Shown: positions 39,865-55,550, counted from the first letter of the stretch. The stretch is DNA of 64,000 bases from Octopus sinensis (GCF_006345805.1 NC_043008.1:72850001-72914000); one strand, 5' to 3'. The notes: generated by a model not told the origin, from the letters alone. A program made the numbers and translations.

Positions 39865-42800
39865 TATGTAATTACATATATAAGTATCTCTTGCTTTCTC
39901 TCTCTCTCTGTACATGCATATAATTTTTTTTATCTTTTATCTTTCTTATATTTGTTTCATCCATTTGACTGTGCCCATGCTGGGGCACCACCTTGAAGGT
40001 CTTTAGTTAAACAAATCAACCCCAAGACTTAATATTTTTCTAAGCTTAGTACTTATTCTATCTGTCTCTTTTGCTGAACCGGTAAGTTATGAGAGCATAA
40101 ACATACCAACACTGATTGTCAAGTGCATGGGGTGGGGCAAATACAAACACAAAAACACAAATAAATAGATACATATAGATATATCCTGTTATAAATTTGA
40201 GTGATGTTTGTTGCATTTTTTATGTTTGTTAACTCCTTCTAAACCATTGGAGCAAGGATAACGAAACTCAAATCAGCAACTCTCCTAATCCCAGAGAATG
40301 TCCTAAGAGGGTCTATTTTTTAAAGGCCACCTAACTGGGACCCTGCTGAACCCACTATTTTTACTGCATTTTAAACTAAATACACAGCATTGGCACTTAA
40401 ATCGGAGCAATGACAATTTCATACCATGAACTCCCAGAGAGTATCGTAAAGAGGTTCAATTTCTGAAGGGACACTTAAATGGGGCCCTGCTGATCCCATC
40501 CCCTATTTTTACTGATTTTCCTTGCTCCTACGCTTATTGATTGAACTATAATCAGTTTCACTGCTTAGGACATTTGCAGAAATAAGTTTGGGCATTCTAA
40601 ATACCTTCACATACATTCAAATTGAGACAAAGAGTTATAACAGGTACATTTAGGTGTGGGTGCGAGTGAAGTATAGAAATTGAGTGTATGGGTATTGATG
40701 TGTGGATATATGTCAGGTAGGGAGTTTGAAATGGGGTATCGGATAATTAATACCAGGAGTTACATATGCAATGAATGTGTCCGAACCCATTGCATTATAT
40801 TACACAAGGGTAGAGGGCTGGGAAATGGCCCAAGAGTGGGGCCAAATGCCTCAAAGCTGCTCTTCACAGAAGCTAGACTGAATGCCACCTGAAGGGCTGC
40901 TTTAAGGCTAGTATATATACACAATGGGATTCTTTTCAGTTTCCATGTACTAAATCAACTCACAAGATTTTGGTTGGCCTGAGCCTATTGGAGAAGACAC
41001 TTGCCCAAGGTGCCACACAGTGGGACTGAACAAAGAACCATGTTATTGGGAAGTAAGCTTCTTACCACACAGCCACACCTGCACCTATATATATATAGCT
41101 GTGTGGCTGTATGGTAAGTAACTTGCTTACCAGCCACATGCTTTCGGGTTCAGTCCCACTGCATGCCACCTTGGGTAAGTGTCTTCTACTATAGCCTCAA
41201 GCTGACCAAAGCTTTGTGAGTGGTTTTGGTAGAAGAAACTGAAAGAAGCCCGTCGTACATATATATATATATAAATGTTTATATATGTATGTATTTGGGT
41301 GTATGTGTTTGTTCCCACCAACATTGCTTGACAATCAATACTGACGTGTTTACATCCCTGTAGCTCAATGGTTTGGCAAAAGAGACCGATAGAATAAGTA
41401 CTAGGCTTACAAAGAATAAGTCCTGGGATAGATTTACCACAGTCAAATGACTGAAACAAATAAAAGAATATATATATACATACATACATACATATATATA
41501 TATATAATATAAACAAGTAACAAAGATGTGCAGATGCCAATTCAATATGGCCATTTCACACAGCAAGAATATCAAGTACAAACACTCTTGCCTCATGTCT
41601 TGATATTCAATATTCCATTAATATTGTATTAATATAGTAAGGTACCTCAATTTAAGTACCTAATTCAATGGAATTTTAATTATTTATATATATATATATA
41701 TATATACATATGTATATAAATGTGTCTGTATATGTGTGTATCTGTGTCTTTGTGCCTGTGTGTGTTATTATGTGTATTTATACAGTAATATCACCCAGCA
41801 CTTTTATAGTTCTGTAGTTTGATGAAACATTTCCAGAATGCATTCCTTTACCAGGAGCAGAACTTCACCATTCTGCTCATATCTATTAGTTACCATTATA
41901 GAAATGCTTATCATATTATCTAGATTATATGGTAATATGATAAGTATTTGAGGAAGCTGCATTGATCACCTCAAACAACAACAAAGTTGCCAAACTGTTT
42001 TGAAACTTTAGAAGAGGATTTAACTGCTGAAAGGAAACTAAATTAAATGAAATTCTTTTGGCGGCAGTCATGCAATGTATCTACTGAGGGTACACATGAA
42101 TATTTCTAGATTATTAATATACAGTGGTAGATGGCAAAAATGGTAGAGTTCTTTAGAACATAATTTGCAGTATTTAGTTACATTACAATTTGATTTAAAA
42201 TCACATCAAAAGCATCCTTATACCTTTAGCATTCAGATAAGGTAACTGTTAATTTTTATAATTATATTGTAGAATTGGTGTGAGATGCCACTTTGAACAT
42301 AAAACAGATAAAATATTTTGGCTGGATATGGCTGGTTTAAATGCTAAAGTATTGTTTACCTGTAATATACTGAGGTTGATTAAATTAATCATAATACTGC
42401 CTATCCTATACATTTGTTGCTTTGTTCTTCTCATAAATACCAATATTCTCATACAATTGAGAAGTATCAATTGTTTAACAAATGACAGGATTTTGTTTTC
42501 TCATTTTTTTTTTCATATCCATGAAGCAAAAAATAAAATAAAATACAAGAAGCATATTTGTTATCCCAGAATTCCTAAACAGTTAAGTCAATTGTAGAAG
42601 AGGAGAAAATTAAAAAAATATCACTAACAACAATAAGGCACAAGTAAATCTGAAGATAGTCTTCAGTAATGCTACAGAGATGCTACCATATTACATATTG
42701 TTAAGTATATTATAAAGAAACTCATTATTTCTGATCATTATATGCCTGTGTTCATCGATTAATAACAAAACATTATTTACAGAAATAACGAGAAAAGGGA

Positions 42801-43128
42801 GAAAATATTATATATAAATTAAAAAAGAAATACAAAGCAATTTTCATAAACTGTTATTGTGTAAAGATTGTTTTTTTGTGTTCTTTTACTTTTAAAGTTA
42901 AAATTCCAAACAGAAAGAAAAGCATGACAAAGCTGTAGGCTAAAGCTGTGGAAATTCTCTTTGATGAATTTCTGTATTTATTTAGTTGTACTTTATACAG
43001 TTCCAGCAATATATTGGCACTGGAATCTCTCAAATGTCACTGAACAACAAAGACTATCATGATGACAATAAAAACTGCAGCGACAACAGCAACAGTAGTA
43101 ACAAAAAGAACAACTTAACAACAACAGC

Positions 43129-43181
<53 letters not shown>

Positions 43182-46100
43182 TAATAATAATAATGTGAAA
43201 CAGTTATTTGATATTTTATAGGGTAAAATATCATGATTATGAATTTAATTAAAACTGTTTTGTTAACTCAATATTAGATAGCAGTATTACCATGGAACAT
43301 TTTACTAAAGATTGATTTTTCAGAATTAACAAACTAAAAACAGCACCCACCATTTTTCAATTTTTCCTATCTGCTTATCCTCACCATCCTTCCTTTTATT
43401 TTATTTTAATTATCTATTTTTCTATATATTCCAAAATTCCAGACCAAATTTGATCACAGTTCTTTGAATGATGGATTATATGACACTAAATTTAACCAAA
43501 ACTTAACTCAAATGTTGTTATTATTGTTGTTGCATATAATTTAGTTATTAATCTTTGTTGAATAACTTTATTATAGCCAACAACATCATTATTATCAGTG
43601 TCAAAAAAAAAAAACATAACTTATATTCCAGTAATTAATTACCTTTCATTAATAATTCTCATCCAACTAAGAAAATACTTGTGAAACTTTATACAGTTGC
43701 TGCTATCTTCTGTTTTAACATATTATTCATTACAAGAAACTTTACTTTCTTCATTATAATCATCGTAATTGTTGACCAACTTAAAGACATTGTTGTATTC
43801 ATCATTCATGCTTTTTCGAAGATATATACATCAAACTTTGACATCAATGTAACTGATTTGATGAGCTCAGCTGAAGAAAAATCCTTCATGGTATAAATTC
43901 ACAATGTTGTAGCTGCTGGAATGAAAACATGCAAGAAGAGAGTTCCTGGGAGATGATGATCTGGAGAGGAAGGAGCTGGAATAGTGGTTAGTATGGTGTC
44001 ATAAAGGGCGATGGAGGTGCAGCAGTGAAAACAAGAAGTGGAAGGATTAATGTTTGGGAGTGCCTAAGTGGTAGACGTGTGAGATCAATCAGCTCCAAGG
44101 AACAGAGACCATTGGAGTAGTAACATAAAAGACAGAGAGATGAGACAGAACACCTATAGGCCAGAAGCTGGAGATACCATTATGGATTTAATATCAAACT
44201 GCTAAATGACTTTTCTGTTGAAATGGTTGTGGATGTCTCTGTGCTTAAATGCAGCACTATTCAAGATATTGGAACAGTACTCTATTGTGGGTCTTGTATC
44301 TCATAGTGTCAGCAGCAGTTGAGGTTGAAATATTTTCTGACCTTAAAATAAAAGGACCAATCTTTGGAATGTGATCCCAGATATTGTAAGGAAATGTTTT
44401 TGCGAAGATTGTTTGGACCAGAATTTGGAGCAATTGTGAGAGTTCTAGGTGAGTGCTAATCATATTCAGTGGAAATGGAGGTGTAGTATGATGGTATTTT
44501 CTTAAGGTTATATATCACAATTGAATGTAGAAGTTTCAACAAAATAAATGGGCAAGTTAAGAAGGGTGAAATAGTGCTATCTACAACTACTAGGACACTT
44601 AAAAGAAATGAAAATAGATTATATGGAAATATTATTTCATATGGTCTTTCACTCATAAGAAAAAGGCCTCTCATAATGATAATAATAAAAAAAAACTATA
44701 AACCCTGAAGTGTTTCTCTCTCCTTATATGGAATTTTCATCCTCTCTTCTATTTCTTAGTAAAGTTTCTCTCCCTTTCTTACTCCAAAAGCAAATATTAG
44801 TGGCAACACCAACTGTTCCCAGTCAAATTTTCCATGTACATTTATACATCATAATACTTTAAAATAATAAAAGTATGCCCATACCAGAAATGAGGAGGGA
44901 ACAGCAACAATATTTCCTAATATGAGGTCAAAGCTATAAATGATCTCAGTTGCAGTACCAACTTGTTCATAGTCATGAACGATGAGAAAGAAATTCTCAC
45001 TGGGATTTAAACTTGAACCTGAAGGGAAACAAATACTGGAAGGTATTCTGTTTGGCCCTCTATTGGTTTTGCCAACCCAAGTATACAGCATAGCCACCAC
45101 TTGTGGGTGAATATGTCTTGGTAATATGTACCAAGTTTTACCTAATTGCTTTCAGCACCTTTGTAGTCACTAGTAGACATAAACATTCTCTCGTCACCTT
45201 TTACTCAGAAAAACATTTATGAAGTGACAAAGCTAGAAATTACAAAAAGGCAAGTTATGTATCTTGCCTTTATGGATTTAATGTTTGTGTGTATCCACTT
45301 CTGGTTGCCTATCCTTAACGTTTTTTGTGAACTACATCTGCCAACATTATTACCCAACTCCTAAGGTGGCAAGCTTGCAAAATTGTTAACATGCCAGGCA
45401 AAATGCAAAGTAGCATTTCATCTGTCTTTACATTCTAAGTTCGAATTCTGCCTAGTTGACTTTCCTTTCATCCTTTCCAGGGTTGATAAATTAAGCACTA
45501 GCGAAACACTGTGGTCGATGTAATCAACTGGTCTCCATCCACCAAATTTCAGGCCTTTAGTAGAAAGGATTGTTGTCTAATATTGAGCACCATGAAACAG
45601 CTGTCGAACCTGTAATATTATAACTTCACCCCTTAGCTTTGTGTGTCTTTGTACACTGTGTAAATCTTCTCTGTCAATATAGAAATATTTATATATTTAT
45701 TATATATGAATACTCATCATCTGAACATTTTCAGTCTTTGCTTTCTCTCTATTTGCATGCATGTGTGTATATATATTGTATATCTAGCCCAAGCAGTTTT
45801 ATTTGTTTATCTGCATCATTATCTCCATGTCTACTTACCTGGACTCCACATATAACTACTTTTTACCCCACTGACTTAGTCCTTTATAAAGATTTTGGCG
45901 TATAAGTTCAAAGCGTTTGAGCACTACTAAGTGTCTTATATATTGAGCATCTCTGAATCTCATCTGTTGACCATATATCTGCACATATATCTGTGTGTGT
46001 GTGCATATGTTACAGAGAACTATATATATACATACAGATGTATATACTACCAAGAATTACACACACACAAATGCATGCACATACACACATTCACGCACAC

Positions 46101-47479
46101 ATATCACATCCCCATCATCATCACTGAATCTCCTTGGTCCACGCTGATATGGTTTGGATGATTTTAACAAGATTCAGCAGATCCAAGGACTGCATTATGC
46201 TCCACTGTCTACTTTAGCATGGTTTCTATGATTAGAAAGACTTCCAAGTGCCACCACTTTACATGTGCTCGGTGTTTTCCTTTCACCACCTGTGCTATAT
46301 GTGGCAAAGTCACTACAGTGGATACTGAAGATGATGCAAATATTTCAATTAGTAATTAGTAATTTCTACATTAACAATGAGTAGGATAGTTACACAAATT
46401 ATGACATTTGCTAATGAATTGCTTCAATAATTTATTATTGAAGGAGTTCTCTTAAATATCTTTTATTCAATAGTACTCCAAGAATGGTTTTGTTGTTCTA
46501 AGAATGTCTCATATAATTTAGTTGGAGGGAGGTCATCTTCTATGACATATATTGTAGGGTCTAACAAAAGAGAAAAGGAAAATATAAACCACAACTTATT
46601 GGTTATTCTTAAACATTCAGAGAATATTCTAAGGGATAGAAAATAATAATGAATCAATACTAGATAAACAAGTGATGCAATACTTATAATGAAAATTACA
46701 CTTGTAAGGTCATTATGATTGCAACTAAAGAATGATCCTCTAACAAATTCAAAAATCTGACACTATTTTTCATATTTAATGTAAATTGTAGACAACACGT
46801 TTGTGGTGGTAAGGACCATGGTTGTTGTTAGTTTTGATGCTGATGCTGTTGTAGTGATGATGATGATGTTGATGGTGGTGGTGGTTGTGGTGTTGTAAGT
46901 TGCAATGATGATGGTATGTCAGTGATGGTTGTGTAGGTTGTTGTGGTGGTGGTAATGATATTGTTGGCCGAAGTAGTAGAGGTGATGATGATGGTGGTGA
47001 TAGTGTGATAACTTTAGTGATGGTGGTGGCGATGGTAGTAATGACATATTATAAATCGAATTAGTATATATACACAAGTTGCCATTTCACTGTCATAAAC
47101 TGCAACTAAACTAGTTTATGTCACTCATGTTTTTATCATACTTCCATGAGTAAAACAATCTGACTGACAAACATGTAAGTAGTTGAAGTTTTTAATACTA
47201 CTGATGACTTCTTTTCAGTAACTATCAACAAAATGAGTTACCAAAATCTTCAGTTCCAACCAATTTCAGAATGAACATTCATAGCAATGCAGATATTTTC
47301 TGAAGCTTTCATCAAGTCATAATCAGAGAAAAGAATGGTCACAGTATGCAAATTAAAATTAATAATAACAATTAGCAGTATCCATGGAAATTCCATGGTA
47401 AATATGGAATGTTTTAGATGTTTGTGAGTTTATAAAGAGCCATAAAAATTAGCGTTCCTTTATAAATTATATATTCTGC

Positions 47480-47850
47480 ATTATTTTCATTTAAAACACC
47501 TTTCAGTTCTTCTGAATGAAGTTGTAACTGAGGGATCATGACTTTCCCATTCTTTCAGCAGTTCGGAGGCTCATTTATAATTCCAAGAGATTCACAATGA
47601 TTACAGAGAATATTCATATCACCAATGTTGTAACTTTCAACCTGGTTTACAGCTTCTTTGCTTTTTACATTCTATCGTATTTTCATTTAGTATTCTATCT
47701 TGAACACATTCCCTTATTCCTTCCTTCTACACACTGATGCTCTCCTGCTTGTTCTAATGATTTGTTTCTTTTTATGTTGTTGCTAAAATCTTTCTTTTGT
47801 TAGCTTACATCATCTGTCATTCATATTTTATAAACAAATATCAATTTTCA
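47480..47850 (-). mobile_element. Helitron RepHel N-terminal zinc-finger remnant
   Basis: YNIGDMNILCNHCESLGIINEPPNC*KNGKVMIPQLQLHSEELK matches the Helitron IG.M...C.HC......E...CC..GKV.LP pattern. Confidence 0.6.
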
Positions 47851-48264
47851 AGCAAACAGATGATAAATAATTGCTCTTATGTGCATGCATCAAGTGATAG
47901 GTGATATAAAAATATTTAGTTCAAATTATAAAAAAACTACACATTTTGCTATCCACTCACCACTGACACCTCCACTACCATCATCACTACTACCAGCATT
48001 ATAGTTTTCTGTAACAAAGCTCAGTCTAAGTTCTTTTTCAACTAAGATTATTTCATTTCATTTCAGTTCAGTTGTTTATGTTACTTTTCTTCTGTCAGTA
48101 CAAAGTTAAAATAAGAAATTTTAAAAAACAATAAGATCCATGGATATTTTGCTAAGTTATTAAACTTTTATTGAAAAATTTATCTTGGTATCTTCTATAA
48201 ATATCGCTTTTAGATTTGGTTTGCAAGATTCTTTATGTGAGTTCGTGCGTTGAAGCATATTCTA

Positions 48265-48504
48265 TTGTGTCTGGGGAGAGTCATTTTCTTTTTGTGCCTT
48301 ATAATTTAACACACTCACCGGTAAAATTTCCACTTATATCTTATTTTTATTTTCTTAAAATTTTTGTTGCATCAACACTATTGAAAAGGTTGAAAGAAGT
48401 AGCAAAAATTTTAGGAAAATAAAAATAAGAAATAAATGGAAATTTTACTGGTGAGTGTGTTAAATTATAAAGCACAAAAAGAAAATGACTCTCCCCAGAT
48501 ACAA
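48265..48504. repeat. ~105-bp inverted repeat with ~28-bp spacer
   Basis: 48265-48370 is a near-exact reverse complement of 48399-48504. Confidence 0.85.
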
Positions 48505-49134
48505 CTTCTAAAAGTTTATTATCATATCTAATGTAAGCCTTCCTTTTTTCATCCAGCCATCGATGTATTTATCAATGTGACAAATAGATTCATAGATAAA
48601 TAGTGACAGATAGGACATATAAAATATTTAATATTAAAATGTTATTTCCTGGTCAATCACAATAATTTATGATGTTTAAAATTTCTTTCTGCTGAGCCCT
48701 ATATATTTTTCTCTCTTTTTCTTTCTACCTTTTACTTCAGAAAACTTTTTAACCATGTCATTTCCCTCTTCACATCATAATCATTTCTCATCTACTCTTT
48801 CTCTTCACCTCTCACTTCCACTAACCACATGACAGCTGAATGCATGGGCTGGTAATAATGTAACTATGCCCTTTCCTCTCTCTATTTGCCTTTCTTTAAC
48901 CTCACCAGTGGAGCATCACCTCACTGCTAAACATTCTATTTCTAACTCTCTTTCTCTATATCACTTCCTTCAACTAACTCTTTAACCTCGTAATAATTAT
49001 AATTTTTCCCTTACTTCACATTGTTAGCACCTCTCTCTCTCTTTCTCACCCACTTTTCACCTTTCTCTTCAGCTAATCATGTCACAGCATAATACATTTC
49101 AAACTAAGCATATAATATATAAATAATCCTTTCT

Positions 49135-49326
49135 TCTATAGGCACCAGAACTGAAATTTTGGAGTGAGGGATAGTCAGTTATATTGATCCAAGTGATTAA
49201 TTATCTACTCTGAAAGGATAAAAGGCAAAGTCGACCTTGGCAGAATTTGAACACAGAAAATAAAGACAGATTAAATTCCACTAAGCATTTTGTCTGGCAT
49301 TCTAACGACTCTGCCACCTTACCACC

Positions 49327-49396
<70 letters not shown>

Positions 49397-49658
49397 TGAT
49401 GATGATGATGATGATAATAATAATAATTATAAGTGCCAAAAATCGTGTTAACTGGAATGGTTCATATACTGAGAAGAGCATTATCGCTCTGAAAATAACA
49501 TCCATTCATAAATTTATTCATTTATTAATTTTTTAAATACATATTTTACCTGTGAATTTGCGTGTGTAATCTGGGAATGCATACAATGAGCTTCTCTGTC
49601 CTAGGTGTACAGAAATCACTCGGTGAGAAATGGAAGAAAACTTGAAGAAAGAAGGAAA

Positions 49659-49699
<41 letters not shown>

Positions 49700-49789
49700 A
49701 ATGATGATAATAATAATAATGATGATAATAATAATGATGATGATTATAATAATAATATAATGATGATGATGATGATGATGATGATGATA

Positions 49790-49831
<42 letters not shown>

Positions 49832-50575
49832 TGATGATGATGATGATGATGGTGATAATAACAACAACAATAATAATAATAATAATAATAATAACTCTTT
49901 CTACAAGGCCTGAAATTTGTGGGAAGGGACAATTTGATTACATCAACCTTGAAAGGATGAAAAGCAAAGTCAACCTCAACAGAATTTGAACTCAAAATGT
50001 AGCAGCAGATGAAATACTGCTAAGTATTTCATCCAATGTGTTAACAATTCTGCCAGCTCAAATAATAATAATAACAATAATAATAATGGTTTCAAATTTT
50101 GGCACAAGTCTAGCAAGTTTGAAGGAGGGGGATAGTCGAGTACATTGAGCCCAGTGTTTAACTGGTATTCATTTCATTGACTCGGAAAGGATGAAGGGCA
50201 AAGATGACATCAGCAGGATTTGAACTCAGAGCATTAAAGCTGGCTAAAATGTCACAAAGCACGTTACCCAGCATGCTAATGATTCTGCTACTTCACTACT
50301 TTAATAATAATAGTAATAATAACAATAACAATGATGACAATGATGATGATGGTGGTGGTGGTGATGATGATGATCCTTTCTACTGGAGGCACATGGCATC
50401 ATATTTGTGGGGAGGGGAGTAGTCAATTACATCATCCCCAGTGTTTCATTGGTATTTAATTCATCAACCTCAAAAGGATGAAAGGCAAAGTCGACCTCAG
50501 TGGAATTTGAATTCAAAATGCAAAGACGGACAAAATATTGTTAAAAAGTTTGCCCCACAAGCTAACGATTCTACT
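49135..50575 (-). mobile_element. Cluster of four family A SINEs interleaved with (AAT)n/(GAT)n tracts
   Basis: aaaggat(g)aaaggcaaagtc(g)acc motif at ~49215, ~49950, ~50185 and ~50475, all in the same orientation. Confidence 0.8.
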
Positions 50576-52137
50576 GGGTTACAACCTGAACAACCATCAT
50601 CATCTTTATGTGGTCGTGATGCTAGTAGTAGTAATTGTAATAGTAGGAGTAGGAGGAGGTGAAGGGTGGAGTAGCTGTAGTAGCAGCAGTGGTAACTGTA
50701 TCAGCACTTTAACCTTAATGACAAGCGAAATTTCATTTTTCTTGAGCCTCATTCCTGGAAATAACGTCACCTTTTTCTTCTTTTGATTTTATGATTATTA
50801 TGCTAGAATATGAAGGAAACATCACAAGTATGAGGAATCAAACGCCTCAACCAGCAGAACATCATCATTCACTTATCAATATTTGAATTGGTAAAGAATG
50901 TAGTGCAATAAAAATGATAGAGAACCAGAAGAAATACATTATAAATTCACTTTTAAATTCAAAATCCAACTAGGATCGATTTTTTCCTGTTCATTCTTCC
51001 AAAGCCAATAGAATAAATAACAGGCATATGCAAAGGTTAATTCCATCAACTTTATCCCTCTTTTACAAATGTGTGATCTCATGTCGATCTAGAAATCAAT
51101 ATTTGAATAGGCAGGGTTTTGAGTCAGAAGAACCAGTAGAAGGCAACAATTTACCATATTATTTAGTCTTCACTTGTAAATTTCCAGTTCAAATGTCAGC
51201 AGGATTGTTGATTCAGTCATTAAATGCTCCAGACTTACAATTCCTACAAAAGAGTTGCCTCTGTCAGTCAAATTTCTATGGTTTATTGCTTGTAGGAGTT
51301 AATAGATATGAGCTGAGACAGAGTCGAGATGATAGAACAACAGACATTAATCAATTATATTCTGGTGATCTTCTCAACATCATCTTCATTATCCTAATTT
51401 TCCATGTTTGCATAGGTTAGACAAAATTAGTCAAGGTAGATTTTCTGCTGCTGGGTACCCTTCCATCCCCAACTCATAAATGTTCCTGGCATGGTAATAT
51501 TTCCCCATGGTTTGACACATGTTTTCACAGGAGATTGGGAATGAGCAACACCATTCTTATGGCAATACCACAATAATGCCAAGTCAAGGTGACACGTACA
51601 TATACACATAGCCATGTAAACACATACACTCACATATCCACACACCCACAGACACATAGATGTGTACATTTATTCTATTACTTGTTTCAGTCATTTAATT
51701 GTTGCCGTGCTGGAGCACTGCCTTGAAGGGTTTTAACCAAACAAATTGACCTCAGGACATTTTTTAAAGCTGGGTACTTGTCTTATTGGTCTCTTTTGCC
51801 AAAGCACTATGTTATGGGGACATAAACACACCAACACTGGTTGTCAAGTAGTAATGGAGGAACAAATACTGACACAAAACCATACACAGATATATATAAT
51901 ATCACACCACACTATTCAATGAGCTTATTTCAGTTTCCATCAATCAAATCCACTTACAAGGCTTTGGTTGAACTGAGGCTATAGTAGAAAACACTTACCT
52001 AAGGTGTCACACAGTGAGACTGAACCTGGAACCATGTGGTTGGGAAGCAAGCTTTTTACTACACAGCCACACCTGTGTGTATGTACATTTTATACATACA
52101 TACACACACACACACACTCACACACACACACACACAT

Positions 52138-52232
<95 letters not shown>

Positions 52233-54959
52233 TATACATATGTATATGTGTATGTATGTAATGGGTTTCTTTCAGTTTCCATCTACCAAAGCTTTGGTCT
52301 TTAGTTGAAGACACTTGCCAATGATGCCTCACAATTGGACTCGACTAGAAACCATGATACTGGGAAGTGAACTTCTGTACTATACAACTATGTCTCCATC
52401 TACTGCTAGTGAAAATCATCATCATTATCATCCTCATTATTCAAACTTTGTTTACTATGTTGGCATGGGCTGGATGACTTGATAGGATTTAGCAAGCTGC
52501 AGGACAGCATTAGGCTCCTGTATCAGCTATGGCATGGTTTCCACAACTAGATACCCTTTCTAATACTGACCACTTCACAGTGTGTTCTGGATGCTTTCTT
52601 TATGCCACTAGAACTAGTAAGGTAAGCAAGTAGCTTACAAGACAACACAACAAAAGAAAAAGTCCCCTCAACTAAGTTAGATTTGAGAATAGGCAGTGGT
52701 CATATGCCAGATGTTGAAAGGCTAAAGTATGATAGAAAGACAAGCATATGTATCCTGCTTTAGAGGATATACATGGTTAGCCAGCATTGTATAAGAAGGG
52801 GTAACTGAGGAGATAATATAAGGTGCAACTGTGAATACTCAAGTTACAAGAAGGTGAGGTAGAAAAAATATATGTGGGTAGTATGTGATAGAAATGGTAG
52901 AACATACACAAAAAAAAGGCCAGTTGCATTGCTTTATGGTTTGAGTACAAAACCCTCCAACTCAGTTTTATCATTCATCTTAGTGTGTTGAAAGCTAAAG
53001 TGTGATGGAAGAACAAGTTCAACTCTCTCAAGGAATTTGTAGTTCCTTACTAAAAACAGAAATCCCTGTTAGACACCATTTTATTACAGCTATCATGTTC
53101 TTGGTGTCTTTAATTGTCAGTGAACCATTGTTTTACAGTTGTTAATCTTCAGTTGGAATAAAACAACATACTAAAAAGTGATAAATGTCAGCAATACTGT
53201 ACAAGGAATTTAGTTTTAATTATTTAAAAAAACATAAAATCCCAACGTGACTATCACTGCTAATTACAGCTAATTACTTGTTGAAGATATTCAATAAGTG
53301 AGATAGTACGGTTAGAAAAATGAAAGTTTTACATAAAAAGGAAAATGCCTTCAGCAACTGTTCAGAATAAAATAATTAGCAAAGTTCAATACTCTGAAGT
53401 TTCAAGTGTACCTCTTCAGTGATGTCACTGAAGTGGTTGGGGTTGGAGTGAGAGCAGAATTGAATTAGAATTGTTAAATTAATGACAGCCTATATTGGTT
53501 TGAATCAGATGAGGAATATATACAAACAAAGTGTATGTTAACATGGCAACAGGAGAGGTTGAGAGCAACATTGTTTTCACCAACAATGATATTATCATTA
53601 TTTACACCAACAATAATGGTAACAGCACTTCCAGGAAGAAAAGCTTGGGGAAAAGGAGCTAATGAATGCACCTCTATGCAGTATTCAACCGGATGAAAAT
53701 GGCACCCAAATCTTGTCTCAAATCACTTTCTACAATCTTAAATGATGAAGAATATTTTTGATAATATCATGGTCTCTTATACACACAAATTGGTCATAGG
53801 TTTGCTTGATGAGGAATAATCTGAGGCTAAACAATGGAACTGTAGTTGGAATGAAATGGTTTCTCTATTGGTAATGATCAGATAATATATTATATCATCA
53901 TTTTTAATGTCAACTTCTCTATGCACTCACACGCACCTGAAAAACATGATGTCTTAAAGCATTTATTTTATGCTTGTAATCCATTCTGTCCCATCAAGCA
54001 TTACCCACATCTCAAGCTCCAAACACCCAGCCCTCCATTGCACATCTATCTATGGCATTACTTGGCAGCTGTAATCCCTAGAGTGCAGTAATAGCACATA
54101 TTATGGCTCCCACCTTCTTTTGCATTATCAGTCACCTCCTTACCCCTGGAAGCTTTATCCGTATAATCCACCTTTCCTCGTAACCACTATTTTCTCCAGT
54201 CACCTCCACTCTGTGTCTTTAGTTATCTCTTTCCTTGGACATTGTCCATTTTAACATGTCATATAGCTACTATCTCTCTTTGCAGCATGCTCTGCACTAT
54301 AACCACCAACATGCATCCCACATCTCCCTCCTCACCAGTCCTGCACCCTGCATGTAATATTTCTACCTTCTGATCTATCCTTCCTGAACCACTTCTCTTT
54401 CTCCTACCTTACATATCCCTATACTCTACATCTATGATGTATGATCTTCAGTTGAAAAAATGATTAAGTATCTAAAGATTTTAATATACACAAGCAAGAC
54501 ATCTGAATTGGTTAGCAGATATAATGAATGTAAAAAGATGATATATGCTGGATGAATTTGTTTGTAATTGAAAGGTACCCAGAAAGATATAGAGGTAGAT
54601 GAGATTCAATAACATTACCCTTTATAAAGAAACTTATAGACAGAGTGAGATACATGCTTGTAGACCTATGCAGCCCATTCGGAAATATAAAAAGATCAAT
54701 AACATTAATAATCTTTTTTACTATAGGCACAAAACCTGAAATTTTGGGGGAAAGGTCTACATCAACCCCAGTACTTGACTGGCACTTATTTCATCGACTC
54801 TGAAAGAATGAAAGGCAAAATCAACCTTGGAAGTATTTGAACTCAGAACCTAAACACGGACATAATGCTGCTTAGCATTTTGTCTGGGGTGCTAATGATT
54901 CTACCATCTTGCAACCTTCATAATGATAATAATAATAATAATATTATTATAAATATCAT

Positions 54960-54994
<35 letters not shown>

Positions 54995-55014
54995 ATAATA
55001 ATAATAATTATTAT

Positions 55015-55550
55015 TATTGGATGAGAGAGCAGTGCATGCCCTGAAAGTAGCACTGGGGTACAAATATATGAAGCCCCGTATACCCATCATGACTACCCAT
55101 CTGATAAGGGTATACCAGGCATATGCATCACAACAATATGTGTGCGACATGTTAATTTCATATCAATATAAATATGACCTTGCAGGTAGGGCACAGAATT
55201 TTCTTCAGGTTGACTAGCCCATCCCACTCAAACGGTCCCTGAATAAGGGTTGTTTAAGGATGTTGAAAGAAACACCCATATTTCCAGAGGTAAATTATTC
55301 AAACCCTAAAGAATTCCTCTCAACACATGGCTATGATGCCCCCCACCCCACTACTTCTGCTCATGATCAGAGATGCACATATTATCAGCCACTAAGGGAC
55401 ATGCTCAACTAGTTATGGACCAGCAAATCTGTGATAATGAGCAGAATATTTGTTGCCCATCTTTTATACCAAGACAGAACAATGTACATAACACTCCCAG
55501 TCAGCTATGATCAGAAGCCATGAGAGCCATTGCTTGGTATTCTATCGGGG
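55015..55550 (-). mobile_element. Unclassified ~540-bp non-coding interspersed element with (AAT)n tail
   Basis: GC-richer block bounded by (AAT)n/(TAG)n tracts, with no coding signature; I recall similar sequence as a repeat but did not verify this. Confidence 0.4.

Noticed and set aside
46463-46560. Candidate terminal exon (PTIYVIEDDLPPTKLYETFLEQQNHSWSTIE*) with good acceptor and AATAAA
   Set aside because: No upstream partner exon or homology; close to Helitron debris.
51028-51420. 130-aa plus-strand ORF
   Set aside because: No recognisable domain or convincing splice context; may be antisense to decayed transposon sequence.
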